Source of the DNA: an uncultured Gemmatimonadales bacterium
GTDB taxonomy: Bacteria > Gemmatimonadota > Gemmatimonadetes > Gemmatimonadales > GWC2-71-9
Reading direction: 5' to 3'
Assembly: GCA_963739455.1 (NCBI GenBank)
Contig: CAVUAK010000001.1
Span: 2,016,001-2,080,000, forward strand
DNA: 64,000 nucleotides
Shown: positions 32,912 through 40,954 of the stretch, piece after piece
Numbering within the stretch: the stretch's first letter is position 1
Layout of the letters: every line of letters begins with the position of its first letter
Program-made: the position numbers and the translations under genes
The notes under the pieces: model-generated
Databases searched by the model: none
The model's input: the letters and a program-made list of their open reading frames with translations, nothing else
What the model was told of the DNA's origin: nothing

Positions 32912-33281
32912 TAGCACCCTAGTGACTTCATGTAAGGAAATGCGAGTGCGAGTGTAGCATTTAAAGCATTTAATTGCTGCATGTTAGAACACATTGTGTT
33001 GCTCATTATCTGCACAAATGCTCCCTGTAGTGCATAAGGAACTCTCAAAAATCGTCCGATTTGTAACGAAGGGCGCGCCCCGAGGCGCCTTTTTCCCACC
33101 TCGACAGGGCCGGTAGTAGCCCCAGATCCTTGATGTAAGAAATTGCGAGGGCAATGATACAGCGCAAGATGTTTATTAGCTTAATCTTACGGTCAGTCTA
33201 TGTAGTGGAAAATCTGCACAAATGCCACCTGTTTTGCACAAGAGACCGCGAAAAGGTCCGACCGTAGTGCTATGGCGCTAC
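32908..33281. repeat. Degenerate ~205-bp tandem repeat (2 units), possibly structured ncRNA or origin
   Basis: GTAGTAGC at 32908 and 33113; ATGTAAG.AA.TGCGAG; ATCTGCACAAATGC at 33008 and 33212; GTCCGA at 33054 and 33256. Confidence 0.8.
33069..33094 (+). terminator. Terminator-like hairpin ending repeat unit 1
   Basis: aagggcgc-gccccgag-gcgccttttt. Confidence 0.5.
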
Positions 33282-33871
33282 CCGCAGTCAGGAACTCTTG
33301 AGCCTTCGGTTCTCCTTTGGATGAATACCTCCGACCGTAGTGAGGAAGAGACGCGGTTTGATCTCAACGACTTACGGAAACGTGAAGGGCACGCCAAGGC
33401 ATTCCGCCTAAGCGTCTGTGCTGCGTTGGGGTTGCTGCACTCGTGGTGTCAGGAGTGTATAGCACGACTCATCTGTGCAACCATCCAGCGGCCTGAGAAA
33501 CCCGAAGGGAATCGCCCACCCAATCACAACGACTTAGCCAAGCTGGTTGATCCCTCGTCGGAAATTGCCCTAGCTCCAAGACGTGTCATGCTTTACGAAG
33601 CTCTGCCGGACAGTTTGTGAAGAATGAACAAATAGCTTAGGAACCTTCGGAGGCTCGCCGGGCCCTCCCTTTTATAACCGTTCCCACACTACCGGACTGC
33701 AAGAAGTTGCCGACTGGCTGACGCTATAGTGGGCTCTCTGGGTGGTGATAGGCTCCTTCTTCAGTAATCCCCTCAGATACCTCTGAAGGTTCTTGGAGGT
33801 AGTTGGTAGCTCCAGTTCCCCACCAAGTTCCTCAACCAATCCCCTGCAAAGGACCCTGCCATAGGCCCGCC

Positions 33872-35311
33872 ATGACTTCGCTTTTCCTCGACTACCGGTC
33901 CGCTCTCGTGGATCGGGTGCCCCACCTCAGCCTCGAACGCTTGACTGAGATTGGAGGGCAACGGGGACGCCTTCACGCTCAGGCTCGACAGGACGGATTG
34001 ATACGCCTCCTCCTGAGCAACTATGAAGGCACCCGACGAAGTTGGAACTCCGGTACCGACTACCGCGATTCCTGTTTCCCCAAGAAGACCCTTCAGAAGT
34101 ACCTCAAGACCTCCGGCAGTTCCCATCATCAGAAGTTCCTCACGCCACTCTTCGCATTTCATCAGGGGCAACGCGGGTACTCCGCCTCTGCTGGGATGGG
34201 TAAGAGCTATCGCATGCTTCCCCACATCCGCGCTGTGTTGGACGATCTCTACCAAGGCTTTGCTCCGGTTCGGCTGATCGGAAGAGATGGGGAGGAAGTC
34301 TTCCTCAAGGACCTCGCCGGGTTCCCCTTCACACCCACCTGCATGCTGCCCGGCTGCGTCCCGCTCGATGCCGTGGCGCTCCATCGGCGGATTGCGGAGG
34401 TGGAAAGCTGGCAGACAGACACCATTGGGCGACTTGCGAAGGCTGAGATCCTTCAGCGTCTCCGAGTCCTACGGAAGTGGGCTGTATCTGCGGGTGGAAT
34501 TCCGAACGGCTACAGCATGACCTCAACGGGACGAGCTGGTCCCTCAACAGAAGGAGGCCCTCACCTCATCGGCATGTCCCCCGAGGTGCGAACGCTGGTG
34601 TTTGCGGAGACGGATCTCGTGGACTTCGACTTGAAGGCGTCCTTCTGGACCTGTCTCCAGTCCGTGGCGGCACACCTCACGATCAAGACACCCGCTATCT
34701 CAGACTACATCAGCCACCGAGACCAGTTCTTCCTCCCCCGATGGGCGAAACTGCTCAACATGGACGCGGCGGTCTTCAAGCCCGTCGCTACCTCGTGGCT
34801 CCTCGGCGCGCAGATCTCACCCTTCGCAAAGGCCATCAGGGACCTCAACGGGAACCCCTTCACGATCTCCGCAACGCTCCGTAGCGATGACCTCACCGTG
34901 CGTCTACAGAAGCGGATCAGGGCGGAAGCGGCGAAGGTCTTGAACAAGTACGCGGCAGGGCTCCCGAAGGGGACCTCTGGAGGCGTCTTGAATGCAGTCG
35001 GAGCGGAGTTCTTGGGGGACGCTGAGGAAGAGGGTGGGCTCCACTGCCACCTACTCACCGGCTTGGAGCAGTTCGCCATGCGCTCCATAGTCTCGCACAT
35101 CCCCACCCCTACCGCCGTGATCTTCGATGGTGTCATAGCTCCAGCGTTCCCGGTGGAGCATCTCGAAGACGTTGTAAGGATTCAGTCAGAGAAAACCCTC
35201 GGGTTCCCCCTCCGAGTTCGTATCAAGGCATCTCCGTTTGCCGAGCAGTTCGAACGGATGCGCTCTACGCTTCGCTCCTCACTCCCAGCGCGTGAGACAG
35301 CAGCAGCATAG
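33872..35311 (+). CDS. Divergent family-A DNA polymerase-like protein without exonuclease domains
   Basis: Ordered motifs TSTGR, HLIGMS..VR..F, LVDFDLKAS (A), FK....WLLG (B), LTGLE, IFDGV (C). Confidence 0.75.
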   Translation: MTSLFLDYRSALVDRVPHLSLERLTEIGGQRGRLHAQARQDGLIRLLLSNYEGTRRSWNSGTDYRDSCFPKKTLQKYLKTSGSSHHQKFLTPLFAFHQGQRGYSASAGMGKSYRMLPHIRAVLDDLYQGFAPVRLIGRDGEEVFLKDLAGFPFTPTCMLPGCVPLDAVALHRRIAEVESWQTDTIGRLAKAEILQRLRVLRKWAVSAGGIPNGYSMTSTGRAGPSTEGGPHLIGMSPEVRTLVFAETDLVDFDLKASFWTCLQSVAAHLTIKTPAISDYISHRDQFFLPRWAKLLNMDAAVFKPVATSWLLGAQISPFAKAIRDLNGNPFTISATLRSDDLTVRLQKRIRAEAAKVLNKYAAGLPKGTSGGVLNAVGAEFLGDAEEEGGLHCHLLTGLEQFAMRSIVSHIPTPTAVIFDGVIAPAFPVEHLEDVVRIQSEKTLGFPLRVRIKASPFAEQFERMRSTLRSSLPARETAAA

Positions 35312-35385
35312 CTGGCCCACTACACCCGACGCGGACCTTACATCCGCAGCACTTCACCCCACATCATCAACCTCTCAATAGGACT

Positions 35386-35589
35386 ATGCCCACCACGAAC
35401 AGTCTCCAGACCCGCCGCCGTCCCGCCTCGAACGCTCGCTATGCCTCCATCGGCTTCATGCGTGAAGATCTCGAACGCTTCGAACGCCTCCGCAACATGC
35501 TGACTAGGCAGTGGAATACCAGTGTTCCCCCGAGCCGCTCCGAGGTGGTCACGCTCGCTCTCGAAGCCCTCGAAGAGAAGCTCAAGTAG
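35386..35589 (+). CDS. Small RHH/CopG-like DNA-binding protein
   Basis: SIGF..EDLERFERL...SRSEVVTLALEAL; agga RBS. Confidence 0.65.
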   Translation: MPTTNSLQTRRRPASNARYASIGFMREDLERFERLRNMLTRQWNTSVPPSRSEVVTLALEALEEKLK

Positions 35590-35687
35590 TTCACTCCGCA
35601 GTTTCCTCAAGCAGTACCCCACCCCGCTCCACCGTCGCCCCTCCTTGCCGCGCCCTGCGGCTTCATCGCGACAGAAAAACCGCAGTC

Positions 35688-36143
35688 ATGTCTACTACGA
35701 CCTCCAACGTCCGGCCTCTCACGGTCACCTACGAGGGCTGTCCCTGCCGCAACTGTGGCACGACGACGAAGTACCGCTCGAACCGCATGTGTGTCGTCTG
35801 CACGGCTCGTCGCAACAGGACCGAACCACTGCGCGCCGCAAAGTTGGAATGGACCGAAAACAATCCCGACCGCTACGCGGCACTCGCGGGCAAGCACAAC
35901 GCCTCGCGCCGGTATCCGGGCTGTGTCGCCCCTGACTTCGACCTTGAGGCTACGGTCCCATTCTACCAGCTAGCCCGAGAACTCACGCGCACGACGGGTC
36001 TTCGCTTCGAGTGTGACCACATCATCCCACTGTGCGAAGGCGCAATCCACGATTGGACCAACCTTCAGGTGCTTCGCGTTGACGAGCACCAGCGGAAGAC
36101 CGCGACAGAACACCCACGCTCACGCAAGGAAAGTGCAGCATGA
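35688..36143 (+). CDS. HNH endonuclease with N-terminal C4 zinc finger
   Basis: CRNC...SNRMCVVC; ECDHIIPL..G..HDWTNLQVL...H.RK. Confidence 0.88.
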   Translation: MSTTTSNVRPLTVTYEGCPCRNCGTTTKYRSNRMCVVCTARRNRTEPLRAAKLEWTENNPDRYAALAGKHNASRRYPGCVAPDFDLEATVPFYQLARELTRTTGLRFECDHIIPLCEGAIHDWTNLQVLRVDEHQRKTATEHPRSRKESAA

Positions 36144-36268
36144 AGAACCCCAAGAAAACCCCACGCGGTACCCCACGAGCCTACTGGAGCCTTGACCGGA
36201 TTGTGGCGAAGGTCATGCACGGCTTCGTGGATCATGGCAAGTACGCCTACCTCGAAAACCCGAAATGA
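36140..36268 (+). CDS. 42-aa hypothetical protein (not in ORF track)
   Basis: aagga RBS; ATGA overlaps with the genes on both sides; MKNPKKTPRG...LENPK. Confidence 0.55.
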   Translation: MKNPKKTPRGTPRAYWSLDRIVAKVMHGFVDHGKYAYLENPK

Positions 36269-36411
36269 ACTTCTCGCACCATGCAGACTACCCGCGTCCG
36301 ATCATCGGTAAGCGATGCGGGAAGTGTCGAGGCTGCTTCTGGGAGGTCACTACCACCGGACGGTCGTGCATTGTCTGCACCCGGAAAGCATCCCGTGCTA
36401 TCGAGCGATGA
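36265..36411 (+). CDS. 48-aa C4 zinc-finger protein (not in ORF track)
   Basis: ATGA overlap; GKRCGKC...GRSCIVCTRKA resembles the 32642 protein (RSCTVCTRKA). Confidence 0.65.
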   Translation: MNFSHHADYPRPIIGKRCGKCRGCFWEVTTTGRSCIVCTRKASRAIER

Positions 36412-36592
36412 TGCTTCGATCTGTTGCCCACGCTGCAAGCGACTGGTTCGCTACATCGGGAGTAATGGCATGTGCGGCGCGTGCTGGCAAGCGACGGTAC
36501 CTGTAGAGGTCTCCGAGGAAGAGCATGACGCTATCCAACATGCAGCCGACCAAGAGGCTGCTCGACACAATGGAGTGAGACAGACCAAATGA
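36281..36592 (+). CDS. Zinc-finger ORF; start uncertain, may be the frameshifted continuation of 36265
   Basis: CPRCKRLVRYIGSNGMCGAC. Confidence 0.45.
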   Translation: MQTTRVRSSVSDAGSVEAASGRSLPPDGRALSAPGKHPVLSSDDASICCPRCKRLVRYIGSNGMCGACWQATVPVEVSEEEHDAIQHAADQEAARHNGVRQTK

Positions 36593-36870
36593 CCAAGATG
36601 TTCTTCAGTGGCTATAGCGAGAAAGAGCATACCTGCTCGCGCTGCGGAGTTCACGGCAGCTTCGGCCAACATGGGCTCTGCTTTAGGTGTTCACTCCCAT
36701 CATCCCCCCACAACATCAACGAGAATGACGACATCAGAACCCGATTCCGTAGGTATCGCTCCGACTAGGGGCGTACTGTCTGACAAGTCCCCTTCCGTAA
36801 CCCTCTCGGCGGCGCTTGTGCTCCTTCAGGCCGTCCGCATCGACACAAAGCTGTCGCATCTCTTCAAGCC

Positions 36871-37695
36871 ATGAACATCAGTGATCTCCTGAGAACGCCG
36901 TCGAAGCCGCGTACTCGCGGAGTCCGACAGTGCTCCATTCCGGGCTGCACCAACCTCGGGAAGCGAAACGTCTACTCTCCCCTCTGTGGTAAGCACATTC
37001 GGCGGAAGGAACTGAACGGGCACCCGGAGCAGGTAACTGCGAGGCTCAAGGATGCAAAGCCCTACATCGACACTGTGAAGAGGCTACTGCGAAGGCTCCC
37101 CCACGAGAACCGCATCAAGCTTGAGGGCGCGATGCATCGTAAGTGGCTCAATTACCGAGACTGGCTACATGACGTGGAGTCAGGGCTAGAGCCGAGCTAT
37201 GCCACCCGGCGCTGTGAGCGGGCCGCAACTGAGCTTCTCCGCGTCTTCGATAAGTGCGACCCTGTGACCGGCTTCACTCTTCTCGCCGCCGTCTTCCTTT
37301 GGGACGCAAGCGAGCCGGGGCGGTTTAAAGCGCCTTACGGGTTGGAGTACTCGCTAGTCAACCTGTTCACTCATCTCGGCCCAAAGCACTCGGCCCGCAC
37401 AGTCTGCCGTCGTAATGGCGTTGTCGAGACCCGGACCGAGTACCGAGTTGCTCCCAAGAGTGTGCGCCTTCACATGGCGGATTGGCTCACCGCGTTTGCG
37501 ACTCCCTTTGCGGCACGGATGCTTGCCCTGTCGCGCTCTGAGTCGGAGGTGAAGAGGCAAGAGCAGGAGCTTCTTCTCACGCTCTTCTCGCCCGTCAAAG
37601 CTGAACTGGACGCACGGAAAGCTCTTGTAGAGGAGCGCCTGCACATTGCCCGAGAGATCCGCGCTGAAGAATTGAGCCAGACCACAGCGGGTTGA
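36871..37695 (+). CDS. Hypothetical protein with N-terminal CxxxxC...CxxH zinc finger
   Basis: CSIPGC...LCGKH..R...NGHP, a phage-type finger. Confidence 0.7.
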   Translation: MNISDLLRTPSKPRTRGVRQCSIPGCTNLGKRNVYSPLCGKHIRRKELNGHPEQVTARLKDAKPYIDTVKRLLRRLPHENRIKLEGAMHRKWLNYRDWLHDVESGLEPSYATRRCERAATELLRVFDKCDPVTGFTLLAAVFLWDASEPGRFKAPYGLEYSLVNLFTHLGPKHSARTVCRRNGVVETRTEYRVAPKSVRLHMADWLTAFATPFAARMLALSRSESEVKRQEQELLLTLFSPVKAELDARKALVEERLHIAREIRAEELSQTTAG

Positions 37696-37912
37696 AGCGG
37701 CCCCCCGTGCAGGGGACAAGCCAATGCGACAACTCAGTGTGGGCAGGAGGAAGAGAGTCGAAGCCGCAACATGGCAACGCCCTGCGGGGACCCATGAGGC
37801 GCCAACCGAGGCTCTCCCCTCCGCTGGTTTTCATTGTTGTACCTCATCGAACCTCCGAATCACTCGGAGATCATTCATTCAACCGCCGCAGTACACAAAG
37901 GAATCAATTCCA

Positions 37913-38224
37913 ATGATCGACCACACCGAACGCCGCACCGCTATGTACGGGAATGCAACCACGCACTCCGTGGTTGAGATGATGCAGAATCCGCTTTATG
38001 AAACGAGCGCGACTTACCGCGCAGAGGTTGCTGCAAAGATCGCTGCCGAGGATGCGGCACAGTCCACCATGCCGGGAACTGAGATCGTACCAGAGGTGAC
38101 CGAAGGTCTGCGGCCCTTTGCCGATCAGTTCGAACTGAACGCGGCGATGCAGTCCGAGCGATACCGCCGGAGCCCCGAGTACCGGGCGAACGTGGCGGCA
38201 CGGCTCTCCATCTCCAACGTCTAA
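37913..38224 (+). CDS. Mini protein with two T7-like capsid-scaffold C-terminal motifs
   Basis: aaagga RBS; EMMQNPLYETSATYRAEVAAKI and FADQFELNAAMQSERYRRSPEYRANVAARLSISNV. Confidence 0.75.
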   Translation: MIDHTERRTAMYGNATTHSVVEMMQNPLYETSATYRAEVAAKIAAEDAAQSTMPGTEIVPEVTEGLRPFADQFELNAAMQSERYRRSPEYRANVAARLSISNV

Positions 38225-38492
38225 CCCAACGCCGGTAGGCAGAGAGGTGGTGAAGACTTATTCCTAACATCAGCAAGAGCGGGGCGGTCGTTCCAATGCC
38301 CCAGCCGGTAGATGCCACGCCGTACAAGCAGACCTCTGAGGTCCTTGGCGTCCGAAGCACCAAGTAGTCCCTCGCCTCCCGGAGCAATCCGGGGGGTTCG
38401 GTCCCATGCCTTCCTAGGCAGCGACCTGTTTGACGATTCGTTGATCCCCTCCACCCACTTTCCTCCATACACTTCCTCAACCGGACCTCACC

Positions 38493-38753
38493 ATGACCCC
38501 TCAACTGCATATCGCGCTCATCAGTCGCGATTGGGCCGTACGCAGCATGATGCTCCGACGGATTCCCGTTGAGGACCTCCGGGAGGGACTAGGAGCAGTG
38601 CTTCCAGATGAAATATTGTTCAGCCTACAAGACGAATTGCGGAGACGAGGAGAACGTTGGGAGGTTCCATTGACGCTCGCGGACGATCCGTCCGTTCCGG
38701 CGCACAAGGTACCGTATCCGCACCCTGAGCCAAACCGAGGCATTCGCCGATAG
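38493..38753 (+). CDS. Hypothetical protein
   Basis: 86-aa ORF ending just before the convergent gene. Confidence 0.45.
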   Translation: MTPQLHIALISRDWAVRSMMLRRIPVEDLREGLGAVLPDEILFSLQDELRRRGERWEVPLTLADDPSVPAHKVPYPHPEPNRGIRR

Positions 38754-38758
38754 AACTG

Positions 38759-40852
38759 CTACTCCTTTGCGCGGCTGCGACTCGGAGAGGCGCGCTTTAT
38801 GGTGTTCACCTTCTTTGCCGACTTCACGCTCGGTGCCTTCTGAACAGTCTTAGCCTTCGGTGCCTTCGTCGCCGGATTTGCTGCGGGTGCGATGGTCTGT
38901 GGCAGATACTTGTCATGTTCCCTTTTTAGGAACTCGATCCCTGACGCCTTTGTCGCGCTAAGTTCGAGCTTTTCCTTGAAAAACTCTAAGCGCGCTCGCG
39001 CATCGTTGATGACATCTGCCCAAGTCTTCACATAGACCTTACCGCGACCGTCATAAAGCAGTGTCGGATAGGTCTGTGCCTCAACTTCAACATGCAAGGC
39101 TGAGGACAATGCCCAGAATTCCCAAGTGGTTTCAGCTTTGGGAAATGCAGGCGATGACATGAGGGCCTGCGCGTAACGCATTACCTGCGTTGTTGCATTT
39201 AGGTCGATCTTCTCGCTTGGCCGCTTCAGTTCGACAACCAAGTGATGGCGCTTCGGCGAGGAATTGAGCTTGAGGATCTTCGAAAACATGAGATCAAGAG
39301 TCAAGTTCATGTTTGGGTTTACGGAGCCGTCAAGCGCCAAGATGTCAATGTCGTCGCGCTTACCGCACTCTTGACGCACAACCGTGTCCAGCTTTTGGTC
39401 GTCAGCCGTGATGTTCAGTTCCTCGCCAAAGAGCCACGTATGCGCGGCGACGATGCGATGAAGCTGCGTGCGCTCCTTCACAACGTTTTTGTACTCTGTG
39501 CCGTAGGCGAGGGCGTGTAGGCCCTCTAGGAAGTCAAGGCGATCGGCTACGAGTGAGGAAGCGGAAATGATTGCCGACAGCGAGCTTCGGCTCAACAGCT
39601 TGCTCAGCTCCTCCTGTTTTGCCGGAGAAAGCCCAAGCACTTCAATGAGGATGTGTTGCAGGTCCTCAGAGCCCGATTCAATCGCACTACGGAGAAGCCG
39701 AAAAGTGAGCTTCTTTGACGCGTCATCGGCAGCAGCAATGGCCGGGGAGGCATCAACAACGTTGATCGCCAAGATGTCAAAAACCCGGCGTTCCGCTTCC
39801 TCAATGATTGTAACGGGCGCATTCTCAAACGGATAGACTTTATCAGCCTTCCACTCTTCGACGATGGAGAGTCGCTTTTCTTGCTTTAGGTTGGTCACAT
39901 AGTCCCGGACAGACTGCCGCGCCGCATTGGCCAAAGCCGTAACGTCGTCGTTCAGGTCGTCGAGGATCAGGGTACCGCTTGTCGCCGCTTCTGAAATCGC
40001 TGGCGAAGACAAATGAGCGGTGAGGTTTAGAGAGCCAGTTCCAACGTCGAGGGTGACGTGATGCAGCGTGTTGCCTGCGCTGTCGCAAAGGTAGAGATAC
40101 TTCTGGATCGCCGCGTCAGAATTCCACTCGATAATGTCCAGCGTGCCGTGAATGTCCTTCTTGTCGTTTACGGAGGCAACAACCTGAACTGTCGAACTCC
40201 GTGCTATGAGGGCATTGGCGTCGAGCTGTTCACCCGCAATCGTGATAACCGTATCTGGGTACTTGCGAAGGAAGAGCGCGAATGTACGAGCGAGGACGGC
40301 GCGGCTCTCCGCAGAGTGCAAGTCCGGGAGATTCTTGTTCATACCGGTAACTGTGACTTCGGTGCCGGTGTCTGTCCGATCATTCTCGGGGACTGCGTCC
40401 GAGATTTCGAAAGAGACGGTGCTAGTGCCCAACTTGCCGCGTAGGGTGACGGTCTCTAAGCCCTTTGCACCGTCGAAGGTTGATTTCCATTCGACATTTG
40501 GGCCAAGTGCGAATGCGCGAAGACGTCCCTGACCGCGCCTGCCATGCACGATGCGACCCTTGCCCGTAACAGTCGCATTTCTCTTTTTCGAACCCCCTAG
40601 CAAGCTGAACCCCTCCGCAGCCTCAAGGGCAGACATTCCGGTCCCATTATCCGCTACTACAATGCTCTCTGTGCCTGTCAGAAGCGTCTGTGTTACGCTG
40701 ACACTTACAGCCGTTGCATCAGCGTCAAGACTGTTCCAGATAAGTTCTGAGAGCGCAGCAAGTGGATTTCCACGCGTAAGGCTGTGGAGATGGTCGCCCG
40801 CGAGTGCCACCGGCAGCGGATGCATCTTGGGAGCGGGGAGCGTGGTGGCCAT
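38759..40852 (-). CDS. GHKL (HATPase_c) ATPase fused to a C-terminal PD-(D/E)xK-like nuclease
   Basis: ELIWNSLDADA, DNGTGM, GRRGQGR; C-terminal LDL...VVELKRP...QVMRYA; ggag RBS. Confidence 0.85.
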   Translation of the reverse strand: MATTLPAPKMHPLPVALAGDHLHSLTRGNPLAALSELIWNSLDADATAVSVSVTQTLLTGTESIVVADNGTGMSALEAAEGFSLLGGSKKRNATVTGKGRIVHGRRGQGRLRAFALGPNVEWKSTFDGAKGLETVTLRGKLGTSTVSFEISDAVPENDRTDTGTEVTVTGMNKNLPDLHSAESRAVLARTFALFLRKYPDTVITIAGEQLDANALIARSSTVQVVASVNDKKDIHGTLDIIEWNSDAAIQKYLYLCDSAGNTLHHVTLDVGTGSLNLTAHLSSPAISEAATSGTLILDDLNDDVTALANAARQSVRDYVTNLKQEKRLSIVEEWKADKVYPFENAPVTIIEEAERRVFDILAINVVDASPAIAAADDASKKLTFRLLRSAIESGSEDLQHILIEVLGLSPAKQEELSKLLSRSSLSAIISASSLVADRLDFLEGLHALAYGTEYKNVVKERTQLHRIVAAHTWLFGEELNITADDQKLDTVVRQECGKRDDIDILALDGSVNPNMNLTLDLMFSKILKLNSSPKRHHLVVELKRPSEKIDLNATTQVMRYAQALMSSPAFPKAETTWEFWALSSALHVEVEAQTYPTLLYDGRGKVYVKTWADVINDARARLEFFKEKLELSATKASGIEFLKREHDKYLPQTIAPAANPATKAPKAKTVQKAPSVKSAKKVNTIKRASPSRSRAKE

Positions 40853-40934
40853 CGGATGACTCCAGAGAGAAGGCAGCAGCCACCCCAAACTAACCCGAAC
40901 AGTGGCCGAAGATAGGGTGGCGGAGTTGGTGCTT

Positions 40935-40954
40935 GTCCTTAGGTCCCCAAGATG
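40935..40954 (-). repeat. attR-side inverted repeat arm
   Basis: GTCCTTAGGTCCCCAAGATG, inverse of 25001-25020 with 2 mismatches. Confidence 0.9.

Noticed and set aside
32908..33342. CRISPR or TIGR-type array
   Set aside because: Only two long degenerate units, no short identical repeats at regular spacing, and no cas or tas-like gene
33222..33620. 132-aa ORF (and 32104-32373) as real genes
   Set aside because: No RBS or recognisable motif, and the ORF starts inside the repeat unit; treated as non-coding but not excluded
26744..37715. Similar C-run/G(C/T)GCA/G-run hairpins at 26744 and 37703 as boxB-like signals
   Set aside because: Short, low-complexity stems after stop codons; plain terminator or pause hairpins explain them
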